From: a virus
Lineage: Duplodnaviria > Caudoviricetes
Direction: 5' to 3' (one strand)
DNA length: 24,182 nt
IMG/VR virus record: IMGVR_UViG_3300005512_000325
Coordinates: 1 to 24,182 of that record
Shown here piece after piece: positions 8,476 through 15,350 of the stretch; positions within the stretch are counted from its first letter, which is position 1; each line of letters begins with the position of its first letter. The notes under the pieces were generated by a model. The model had not been told where the DNA came from, ran no database searches, and worked only from the letters and a program-made list of their open reading frames with translations. The position numbers and the translations under genes were made by a program.

Positions 8476-8653
8476 ACTCTACCCCCCGTTCTTTGTAGTC
8501 AGGCCATGCGCCACGGCACACCATTTCGTTGTAGAACTCTTGCTCTCGCAACTCATCCTCATAGGAAGCATTACCGCCTACCCCTAAAAGCAACAAGCCT
8601 AACAACAAAAGTACAATTAAAAACGAGTAAACGTCTGGCGGTATCTCTTTCAT
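8426..8653 (-). CDS. Small membrane-anchored protein
   Basis: N-terminal hydrophobic stretch FLIVLLLLGLLLLGVG; GGAGG Shine-Dalgarno; ATGA overlap with the upstream gene. Confidence 0.65.
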   Translation of the reverse strand: MKEIPPDVYSFLIVLLLLGLLLLGVGGNASYEDELREQEFYNEMVCRGAWPDYKERGVECEDSERRPFRGQDPSR

Positions 8654-8826
8654 AGTCTATCCTCCCATAGTGCTACTTCAAAATCTTGACGTTGCGACGC
8701 CATGCGCTTGCGTAGTTTCTTGAGAGCGGCCTCTTCGATCTGCCTTACTCTCTGACGAGAAATACCCATTACATCGCCTATTTGTTGATAGGTCATGTAG
8801 AAGTCTTCGTCTGTTGGTTTTCTCAT
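8650..8826 (-). CDS. Stand-alone sigma70 region-4-like HTH protein (58 aa)
   Basis: Not in the ORF track. MRKPTDEDFYMTYQQIGDVMGISRQRVRQIEEAALKKLRKRM... matches the sigma region 4.2 pattern (TLEEIG...VTRERIRQIE.KALRKLR). AGGGGG Shine-Dalgarno. Confidence 0.85.
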   Translation of the reverse strand: MRKPTDEDFYMTYQQIGDVMGISRQRVRQIEEAALKKLRKRMASQRQDFEVALWEDRL

Positions 8827-8857
8827 GAAAGCCCCCTGTTGTCGTTATGACAAAAAC

Positions 8858-8886
8858 AAGATAACAAAGCGTGTTATGGTGTACAA
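8858..8886 (-). promoter_or_regulatory. Sigma70-type promoter with palindromic operator
   Basis: TTGTAC-17 bp-(TG)TATCTT; ATAACA-N5-TGTTAT palindrome at 8861-8877 overlaps the spacer and -10; A-rich tract upstream. Confidence 0.7.
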
Positions 8887-8963
8887 GGGTTTAGGGAAGG
8901 TTTTTTGTAAATTTAGGGGGCAGTAATCTAAGGTGGCGTCACCCAAACGTCCCGAGCTACTTA

Positions 8964-9155
8964 CTAAGCCGGGTAGTGTTTAGCCATCTCCAGCGCTCGC
9001 GCATTCTCTAGCTTACTTACAGCACAGAGATCGAGATACTCGGACTCAGAAAGCCCTTTCAGTCGCCCAACGAGAACACAGACCTTTTCTAAGTTCTCAA
9101 TGTGCTTATAGCCATTGCGAGTGCAGAACATGGCACGCTTTACTTTCGTACACAT
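8964..9155 (-). CDS. Hypothetical protein (63 aa)
   Basis: GGAGGT Shine-Dalgarno before ATG 9155 (MCTKVKRAMFC); TATAAT lies upstream at 9181-9186. Confidence 0.65.
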   Translation of the reverse strand: MCTKVKRAMFCTRNGYKHIENLEKVCVLVGRLKGLSESEYLDLCAVSKLENARALEMAKHYPA

Positions 9156-9204
9156 AATCACCTCCAATACAGGCAAGGTAATTATACTACATTTTATGTT
9201 ATGG

Positions 9205-9621
9205 CTACACTCCAGCCAGGCGTTCTTCTTGTTCTTTAATGCGTAACTTATACTCAGAAATCAGATCTTCTAAGTCTATTCTGCTGTACTTGACGACTTG
9301 GCGCTTGGTGTCTGATAGCTCTCTCACCATCTCCATGCCGTAGGTGTCGATCATAAATAGCGTGTACTGCTCATGACACCCCGACATAAACCGATTGCAG
9401 CCCTTGCACTGAGGGTGGATATTTTCTTCTGTTAAGAGGTGTGCAGAGTTCCTGCTTATCCAGTGGCCGCCGTCCATCTCTTTGTAGTGGCCCATCTTGC
9501 CGCAGGTCACGCACTTACAAAAACCATCGCAGTTGGCATACTTCATGCGCACCAAGCGCTGTAGGAGGGTTGCGGCTTCTTGCTTTAACTTAGCTACCGT
9601 CTTGGGCTTTCGTGTCGCCAA
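9205..9621 (-). CDS. ninG: NinG/Rap-like recombination endonuclease
   Basis: CVTCG...DGGHWISR...ENIHPQCKGCN zinc/HNH signature; likely TTG start at 9621 after AAAGGA. Confidence 0.85.
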   Translation of the reverse strand: MATRKPKTVAKLKQEAATLLQRLVRMKYANCDGFCKCVTCGKMGHYKEMDGGHWISRNSAHLLTEENIHPQCKGCNRFMSGCHEQYTLFMIDTYGMEMVRELSDTKRQVVKYSRIDLEDLISEYKLRIKEQEERLAGV

Positions 9622-9775
9622 TGTTGAACTTCCTTTCTCGCAGAATGGCTTTCTCAAACTTACCACACTTACAAAGCCAGCCGCGTAAATAGTTAGGCTC
9701 AGCTAATGTAAAGAGAGGTTCCATGCGCTCGTGGCACTTAATGCACCGCTGCTTCGGTATACGTGATGTACTCAT
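9590..9775 (-). CDS. Small zinc-ribbon protein
   Basis: CIKC...WLCKCG; overlaps both neighbours. Confidence 0.55.
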   Translation of the reverse strand: MSTSRIPKQRCIKCHERMEPLFTLAEPNYLRGWLCKCGKFEKAILRERKFNIGDTKAQDGS

Positions 9776-9998
9776 CTAGAGTTTCTGTGTCCCCTGCCAA
9801 CGCTGTAAACCACAACTCACCGAACGCGTCTAAGTCCATGTCTATAGTGACAGGGTCAATAAACGGCTCGGCATAAACGTCAGTGTAGTCTGCGTTCTCT
9901 CTGTTGGTTATAGCGCCACCTATGTTTTTTATAAGTAAAACGACCGATCCCCCTCTTGCCATTGGCACAACGATTAGATCGATCATAGGCGGCCTCAC
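9738..9998 (-). CDS. Hypothetical protein
   Basis: Acidic ORF of up to 86 aa, tiled within the operon; the start may be the second Met. Confidence 0.6.
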   Translation of the reverse strand: MRPPMIDLIVVPMARGGSVVLLIKNIGGAITNRENADYTDVYAEPFIDPVTIDMDLDAFGELWFTALAGDTETLDEYITYTEAAVH

Positions 9999-11167
9999 TT
10001 AGAAATCATTTTATATGAAATCGTATTATACGCCACCTGACCGTATTCTTTGTGGTAAGTGATCACATTAGCTTCCCTTCCGCTAAGCCAGCCGCCACGA
10101 CTGCTATAAGCATCAGCACTAGCAAGCGTTCTGTGCTGCTCAACTATCATAAGGTTTGTCTCTTTCTTATCGACACTATGGTAATGGCCCATGTGCGCGT
10201 AGGCGTGTTCTGTCCTGCCAAACACCTCTCGATACTTTGCCGCAAACACGGTGTCTACGTTTGCCACCTTGCGCTTATGCCCATGATGAAAAAACAGGGC
10301 CGTCTTGCCGAACTCATAGCAGTAGTAAGTATCGGCTGAGTTATCGATCTTTACCCTTGGCTCGTTCTCGTACAAGGCGACCAGTAGCTCGCGCATCCAG
10401 ATAGCACTGAAAGGATCGTGATTAGCGTCACACCATTTAATATGTACGTGCTGGTGTTTCTCTAACAGCATACGAATAATCTGCCTGGTTACCCGTATCG
10501 TAGCTCTGACTATCTTGAAATTTCTTGAATCACTGTCCAGTAGGTGTTTTGAGGCTTGGGTTAGTGGCTCGTAGTCATAATGCGCGAAGTCACCAAGCTG
10601 TGCATATACCGCTGTGTCAGCCTCCGGGCTTATCCTTATAGCTTCGGCAAACCATTTGATTAAAGTGTCCTCAGCAATCTTTAAGTCCCAGTCACCGTTG
10701 CCGGTCTGCCCCGAGGCGTTTACCTCGTCTTTATCGGCAAGCATACCCATGTGGTAGTCAGTAATCACAAAACAGTTGAGCAGCTCCGCGCAGTTAGTCT
10801 CCGGGGCCGGCACTGGCTTTTCTGGCGGGATCTCTTGAGACATTGCCTCAACGACCTCGCGCATTATCTCTAACTGTCTTTGCTGGTCTGCTTGCGACTT
10901 AACCCATTGGCCAACAGGTTTTCCGTCACTGTTATAATAGGTAGAGATCCCTTTAACACCAAAGCCGTCCGGTACAGTGTGGTGCATATCATGAGCGGGC
11001 GAGTAGCCTTTCAGTGCGGCTTTTGTTCTGACGTTTTTAACGATGTCTCTGACTGTCCACCGAGAGCAGCCGACCTCCTTGCTTATATTAGTATAGCCCA
11101 TGCCTAGCTCGTGCATTTCTATAACGCGGCGTTGTTTATCGGTACTACAGTAGTCAAGTAAGCTCAT
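9995..11167 (-). CDS. HTH-fused calcineurin-like metallophosphoesterase
   Basis: N-terminal HTH (YTNISKEVGCSRWTVRDIV); motifs TDYHMG, LGDFAH, DANHD, HHGH, GHYH. Start at ATG 11167 with a GGGGGA Shine-Dalgarno. Confidence 0.85.
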   Translation of the reverse strand: MSLLDYCSTDKQRRVIEMHELGMGYTNISKEVGCSRWTVRDIVKNVRTKAALKGYSPAHDMHHTVPDGFGVKGISTYYNSDGKPVGQWVKSQADQQRQLEIMREVVEAMSQEIPPEKPVPAPETNCAELLNCFVITDYHMGMLADKDEVNASGQTGNGDWDLKIAEDTLIKWFAEAIRISPEADTAVYAQLGDFAHYDYEPLTQASKHLLDSDSRNFKIVRATIRVTRQIIRMLLEKHQHVHIKWCDANHDPFSAIWMRELLVALYENEPRVKIDNSADTYYCYEFGKTALFFHHGHKRKVANVDTVFAAKYREVFGRTEHAYAHMGHYHSVDKKETNLMIVEQHRTLASADAYSSRGGWLSGREANVITYHKEYGQVAYNTISYKMISK

Positions 11168-11183
11168 GATTCCCCCAGAATCG

Positions 11184-11570
11184 TTAGCCCCTGCCAAACC
11201 TCACATCGATGTCTTTGGTTTCAGCCAAGTGCTTTGCAATGACTCGATACACGTCGTCCACATCGTGCATCTTTAGCTGCGTTACGGATTTTTTGTTAAA
11301 TAAAGCAGTCTGCACAGGACGCCATATAATCTCTTTTACGAGCGCTCCTGTAGGCTCTATAGGTAAGGTCACCACCTGTTGCATATCGTGTCCAGAAGCC
11401 GCTAGAGCGCGTGCTATGTCATCACAATAGGCGTGTATGGCTTTGTTCTGTTGACTCGTAAGTTTAGGCGATAAGATCTCGTACACCTTGCCAGAATTCT
11501 GGTGTTCCATGATGTACTCGCAGAACTGTTGCGCCTGGTACTTGTTATTCACTACCCAACGCTCGCTCAT
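11184..11570 (-). CDS. NinB/Orf-like recombination protein
   Basis: LTSQQNKAIHAY...IA and KSVTQL motifs resemble the NinB family; lies in a nin-like region. Confidence 0.6.
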   Translation of the reverse strand: MSERWVVNNKYQAQQFCEYIMEHQNSGKVYEILSPKLTSQQNKAIHAYCDDIARALAASGHDMQQVVTLPIEPTGALVKEIIWRPVQTALFNKKSVTQLKMHDVDDVYRVIAKHLAETKDIDVRFGRG

Positions 11571-11938
11571 GCCTTGACCCTATCACCTTCGAGGGTCATG
11601 TATTGACCATGAGTTTCTAAGCAGCGCTGTCGGAATGCAGCACATCCCATGAAATCGTGGGTCAAACAATCCACCGACGTCCAAGAACGAAGCTCAATTT
11701 TATCACCTTTTTTCGGTAATTGTTTTGCAAACGGAGAGCCTCCACTGTCGTTAGCTCGCTTTAACCAGTTTACGCAAAACCTTGGACCCGACTTCTTACG
11801 ACGCGCTGGGTTAGCGTCAGCCCAATTAGCTATCGCCTGTAGCTCGTTATGAACATCAATGTTTTTGTAAGCCCTTTGCCACTTAATAATCTGCGCATCA
11901 TCGGGTTCGTAGTAAGTACCGTCATTTAAAATTATCAT
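11567..11938 (-). CDS. Replication-initiator C-terminal-like domain protein (123 aa)
   Basis: WQRAY.NIDVHNELQAIANW.DANP.RRK...RF.VNWLKRA resembles C-terminal domains of phage replisome organisers. AAGGGA Shine-Dalgarno before ATG 11938. An in-frame stop shortly upstream excludes an N-terminal extension. Confidence 0.6.
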   Translation of the reverse strand: MIILNDGTYYEPDDAQIIKWQRAYKNIDVHNELQAIANWADANPARRKKSGPRFCVNWLKRANDSGGSPFAKQLPKKGDKIELRSWTSVDCLTHDFMGCAAFRQRCLETHGQYMTLEGDRVKA

Positions 11939-11956
11939 CCACACTTCCCTTTTAAT

Positions 11957-12130
11957 GCCGGAGCAAGCTCCAGCAAATCAGTTAGTTAATAATGGCGAGC
12001 TATGATTACTGTATCGAATCTTGACATCTATCCGCTTGATCTGCTCTCGACCAGCGGGGCGCATCATAGAGAGGGTCAACTCTGCTCCGAGGTTCTTCGG
12101 TTCCTCGGCCTAACGCCCAGTAATCTCTGA
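11957..12130 (-). ncRNA. Candidate structured (pseudoknotted) RNA
   Basis: Complementary pairs 12004-12011/12118-12125, 12058-12061/12114-12117, 12032-12036/12053-12057, 12087-12092/12103-12108, 12021-12025/12075-12079, 12044-12048/12069-12073, plus a G(CUUG)C tetraloop hairpin at 11957-11974. Two mismatches become G.U pairs on the minus strand. Confidence 0.55.
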
Positions 12131-12132
12131 CA

Positions 12133-12217
12133 AAGAAAGGAAGGCATGAGTAGTACAGGGGAGTCTAGGGGTGTCCTAAAGCATCCTTTTGTGTATACTA
12201 CCCATGTCTTATTTCTT
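12133..12217. repeat. Long imperfect inverted repeat
   Basis: AAGAAA..AAGGCATG.GTAGTA.AGGGGA..TAGG against CCTA..TCCTTT..TACTAC.CATGTCTT.TTTCTT. Confidence 0.75.
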
Positions 12218-12270
12218 CGCCGAGTTAAGACTACCACAGATGACACCTACCAGGTCAAGTGGCTCCCTTT

Positions 12271-12297
12271 GGCCCCTCATCCGAGGGGCTTTTCTTT
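12271..12297 (+). terminator. Rho-independent terminator, antisense to all genes
   Basis: GCCCCTC-ATCC-GAGGGGC followed by TTTTCTTT on the + strand; no T-tract on the minus strand. Confidence 0.75.
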
Positions 12298-12499
12298 AAA
12301 TAAACCACTCAGCGATTCTAACGGTTTCACCATATCGGTTAATTACCGGCTTCATCGTTGTTTGGATTTTATGCCCCTCATGCCGCAACTCTGAGATGCG
12401 AGCTGGAGTTTCAATTACCCCCAACTCATCCCATGCGTTCAATCTGGTCAGTGACTTACCCTGTTGCAGGTAACGCAACACTCTATTTTTCTGGCTCAT
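12296..12499 (-). CDS. Winged HTH protein (HTH_39-like)
   Basis: SQKNRVLRYLQQGKSLTRLNA...GV....ARISELRHEGHKI; AAGGA Shine-Dalgarno. Confidence 0.8.
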   Translation of the reverse strand: MSQKNRVLRYLQQGKSLTRLNAWDELGVIETPARISELRHEGHKIQTTMKPVINRYGETVRIAEWFI

Positions 12500-12855
12500 A
12501 CTTTATCCTTGTATTGTTCAAGAAAAGACTCGTTAAGTTTTAACACACGGCGCGCCCTATAAAGAAAGCTGCTAGCCCCATCATGCGCTCGGCGAGAGCA
12601 TCCAACACTTTGCAAGTCTGGATTCTGCATCTGATAGTTATAAAACGCTTGTAGTCGCTCTAATGAACTAACTCGATGACTGACAATGACTGGGTTTAGC
12701 GGTTGCTCTTCAAGCATTTCTACGTACTCACAGATAGCCATTAGTGAACCAATATCCTTGCCTCTGAACACCATAATTGGCTCATCTTCTGGCAAGACAT
12801 ATCCGCTAACGTGATTCATCTTGCCGTCGATTACAGGATACTTTGGATCGCTCAT
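12496..12855 (-). CDS. Hypothetical protein (PEDEP-motif family)
   Basis: 119 aa from ATG 12855 (GGAGG Shine-Dalgarno, ATGA overlaps at both ends); LPEDEPIMVFRGKD motif. Confidence 0.7.
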   Translation of the reverse strand: MSDPKYPVIDGKMNHVSGYVLPEDEPIMVFRGKDIGSLMAICEYVEMLEEQPLNPVIVSHRVSSLERLQAFYNYQMQNPDLQSVGCSRRAHDGASSFLYRARRVLKLNESFLEQYKDKV

Positions 12856-13067
12856 GTTTCCTCCCAATCTAAGAACTCTTCAAAAGTCATGCCAAAGTAT
12901 TCCGCTATATCGACTATGCGACCTAGCTTCATATCAGGCGACTTCTTCCACCTGTGAATAGTCATCGGCGTTACACCCATCTTCTTAGCCATTACATGGC
13001 CACATGGATCGCCGCATGATTGGAGCAACTTCGTGAGCTGCTCGCCTACATTAAAAAGGGATGTCAT
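12852..13067 (-). CDS. Cro/CI-type HTH transcriptional regulator
   Basis: MAKKMGVTPMTIHRWKKSPDMKLGRIVDIAEYFGMTFEEFL is an XRE-type HTH; start uncertain (13067 or 13079). Confidence 0.8.
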   Translation of the reverse strand: MTSLFNVGEQLTKLLQSCGDPCGHVMAKKMGVTPMTIHRWKKSPDMKLGRIVDIAEYFGMTFEEFLDWEET

Positions 13068-13347
13068 CTGAAAAGTCATCCGATGGCTTTGCGAGGGTTT
13101 GTTTAACTTGCTTCACACCTTCAGCGTGGACCTTCGCCGGGTCCGGCTCCCAAGTGTCTAGCTTGGCATAGAGCTTATCGCTTGCCTTCGCTTTTAGCAC
13201 CTCGACGTTTACCCATTCGCCTGGCTGAGAGTTTAAAAATGGCACCAGCTCCGACTTCTTAATCGATAACTTGCAGATAGCGTAGTCAGGTGCGTTACTG
13301 TTTCTCTTGCAGATCAAGCCGTCTACAAACACTATTCCATTACTCAT
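13051..13347 (-). CDS. Putative single-stranded DNA-binding protein
   Basis: Ends in the acidic tail DDFSDDIPF typical of SSBs; follows the putative recombinase. Confidence 0.6.
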   Translation of the reverse strand: MSNGIVFVDGLICKRNSNAPDYAICKLSIKKSELVPFLNSQPGEWVNVEVLKAKASDKLYAKLDTWEPDPAKVHAEGVKQVKQTLAKPSDDFSDDIPF

Positions 13348-13937
13348 GCTGTTTCTCCTAAAATTAGCTTTCTAGCTTGGTTGAACTCGTCAGATTTCAG
13401 ATCACTACGCTCAGCAGTCGTGAAGATGCCGCCCTTACTAGGTGCAACCCACAGTGCCTTCTTGTCGTCATTAGTGATTTCACCCCATGCCTCCGCTACG
13501 GATTCCCATGCGCGAAGAGCAAGGTGTTCTTTGATAAAGTACACAGACGCATAATTACGCTGTAGTGCTTCGTTGTGCGCCATAATAGGCCCAGTGTCTT
13601 GCTGTTGCTGGATAGCGTTAGCTACCTCATCGGCAGACGCGTACTCTGTGCCACCAAACCCTAGCGCGCTTAAACATCGACCAATTGCAGAAGTCTCTGC
13701 ATTCTCAAGTGCTGACGTGGCGTTTATCTTACTCGCAGACCGCACCTCTTCTGAGTAACCAGTAGCCAATAGCCGGCCCTCGTTATCTAAGATGCTGGCC
13801 TTCATAATCACCAGCACATCGTTAGCTTCTACAAGCTCAGTCGATATCGCGTAATCGGGATGCTTTGCCCGAAACTCTGAGACCCGCAATGCGACCGTCT
13901 TGTACTCTTTGCCGTGAATCTTTACTACTCCATCCAT
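13344..13937 (-). CDS. Putative single-strand annealing protein (Rad52/Sak-like)
   Basis: Y.TV..R...F...ATG.SEE...ALENAETSAIGRCL..LG pattern; adjacent to the SSB-like gene. Confidence 0.6.
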   Translation of the reverse strand: MDGVVKIHGKEYKTVALRVSEFRAKHPDYAISTELVEANDVLVIMKASILDNEGRLLATGYSEEVRSASKINATSALENAETSAIGRCLSALGFGGTEYASADEVANAIQQQQDTGPIMAHNEALQRNYASVYFIKEHLALRAWESVAEAWGEITNDDKKALWVAPSKGGIFTTAERSDLKSDEFNQARKLILGETA

Positions 13938-13939
13938 AA

Positions 13940-14191
13940 CTAGGCTCCCTTTGCCATTTCTTCGTAGGTCACGTCCTCGTAACCCTGTTCTGGAGCCGCA
14001 GATGCCGCGTACTCCTGTCGAGCCAGATCAGAGCCATGCGCATACCCTTGCGAGTACGCATCACTCATCCGTGGCTTGATATTCATGTATCGCCCAAAGT
14101 AACCAGCCTCAAAGCCGTGGCGAAACTCCCTTGCAAGTAACTGGTGTGTTTTCTTCCAGCTATCTTCCAGCACCTCGTTATAGTCAAGCAT
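13940..14191 (-). CDS. Hypothetical early protein
   Basis: 83 aa; GGAGG Shine-Dalgarno, TAATG coupling; AYSQGYAHG motif. Confidence 0.7.
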   Translation of the reverse strand: MLDYNEVLEDSWKKTHQLLAREFRHGFEAGYFGRYMNIKPRMSDAYSQGYAHGSDLARQEYAASAAPEQGYEDVTYEEMAKGA

Positions 14192-14529
14192 TACAGGCCA
14201 CCTCCGTAAGCGCGTGAGTTAATGATGATGTCGAAGGCATAACCTAGGTTTTCCTCAATGGTAGGGCGAGCGTAATCCCAAAGCGTATCCCGTAATCCGT
14301 CAATGAACGGGTCAGCAGGGCGCTCAGGGGCAAACAGGTTTACGATAAATTCTGCTGGGTTGTTAGCACGCAGTAGAGCCTCAGACAGGATCTCCCCATA
14401 CTGCTCTTCTACCTCAAGAATAAGGTAGCCGCGATCTTCCATGCTGAACTCGTCTATGAGGCTGAGATCACCACCTACCTGGTCGTAAAGATCTACAGCG
14501 TCATACATGACATCTACTTTTCTAGACAT
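14191..14529 (-). CDS. Hypothetical acidic early protein
   Basis: 112 aa, first gene after the early promoter; AAGGGAG Shine-Dalgarno; D/E-rich. Confidence 0.75.
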   Translation of the reverse strand: MSRKVDVMYDAVDLYDQVGGDLSLIDEFSMEDRGYLILEVEEQYGEILSEALLRANNPAEFIVNLFAPERPADPFIDGLRDTLWDYARPTIEENLGYAFDIIINSRAYGGGL

Positions 14530-14566
14530 AAGTTATCTCCCTTGTGTGCGACATTGCACAAGAGAA

Positions 14567-14605
14567 AAGATAACAGCTTATGTTATATATAACAACCCTT
14601 GTTAT
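14567..14605 (-). promoter_or_regulatory. Early sigma70-type promoter with two tandem operators
   Basis: TTGTTA-17 bp-(TG)TATCTT; ATAACA-N5-TGTTAT at 14570-14586 and 14589-14605. Confidence 0.75.
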
Positions 14606-14619
14606 TATTTATATGGGTT

Positions 14620-14976
14620 TCAGCTACTGTAAGTCCACAATACTGGTGTGGTTGTTCTATCGTCGACGTGTATAAAGCCCTTGGCAATACCTATTCCTCC
14701 AAAGCCCATCTTGAGGGCTTCGTGGACAATGTTCATGCGCTCTACACCGTTGCTTACTGCTATGTCGGCAGCGATGCCCTGGCAATGTGTTCCAGTACCG
14801 GGGGCGGCCTTCACGACTTCATTAGGGTGGGAGGCATCTCGATAACCTGACGTTATCTTAAAGGGGAATCCGCACTTTTCTCGCAACTCATCTAGGCGAT
14901 GCAAAAACGCCTCATCCATCTCGTTGGCGTTAGTGTGTGTGCAGTTAAATTCTTCGAGTCTGAAGTGCTTAAACAT
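14620..14976 (-). CDS. Endolysin, peptidase M15 family (Zn D-Ala-D-Ala peptidase fold)
   Basis: ITSGYR, H-x6-D (HCQGIAAD) and FIHVD zinc-binding motifs. Confidence 0.9.
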   Translation of the reverse strand: MFKHFRLEEFNCTHTNANEMDEAFLHRLDELREKCGFPFKITSGYRDASHPNEVVKAAPGTGTHCQGIAADIAVSNGVERMNIVHEALKMGFGGIGIAKGFIHVDDRTTTPVLWTYSS

Positions 14977-15350
14977 TACTTTTTCCGTAGGTTCATTAGC
15001 TTATCAGCGGAGCGCAAACCAAAACTGGCAGAGATAGCCAGAAACAGCAAGTAAGTATACCAGTCGTCAAGTTCGCCAAGAACTTCAAATCCCATGCGGA
15101 CACGTTCAATCACCTCAGAGTTGTCTGTAATTACGCCGAAACTGATAGCCATCAGCGGCAGCGCAAGTATAATCGTCCAGAACTCGTCTTTCCATGAACT
15201 TTGTGTGGCATCGGCCATCTTGTTTTCCCAAGAGGCGTCGCTTTGAATGACCTGTAATTTTCTTTCGTGTGTGGCTTGCTTTTCTTCAGCCTTGCGCTTG
15301 AAGTGGTCGCCAACAAGCCCAGCAAGTGGTCCTATGAGAGCTTGTAGCAT
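14976..15350 (-). CDS. Putative holin
   Basis: Hydrophobic N-terminus, SWKDEFWTIIL transmembrane segment, second segment ending ASFGLR, basic tail; coupled to the endolysin. Confidence 0.7.
   Translation of the reverse strand: MLQALIGPLAGLVGDHFKRKAEEKQATHERKLQVIQSDASWENKMADATQSSWKDEFWTIILALPLMAISFGVITDNSEVIERVRMGFEVLGELDDWYTYLLFLAISASFGLRSADKLMNLRKK

Noticed and set aside
8921-8929. cagtaatct shared with 12118-12126
   Set aside because: A single 9-nt match is within chance expectation for a window this size, and there is no further similarity.
12021-12026. Perfect TTGACA on the + strand
   Set aside because: No -10 element 16-18 bp downstream; better explained as one strand of the TTGAC/GTCAA pairing.
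11945-12297. Retron msr-msd, tRNA, or hammerhead/twister ribozyme
   Set aside because: No reverse transcriptase in the window, no cloverleaf or T-loop, and no CUGAnGA/GAAA or twister core recognisable by eye.
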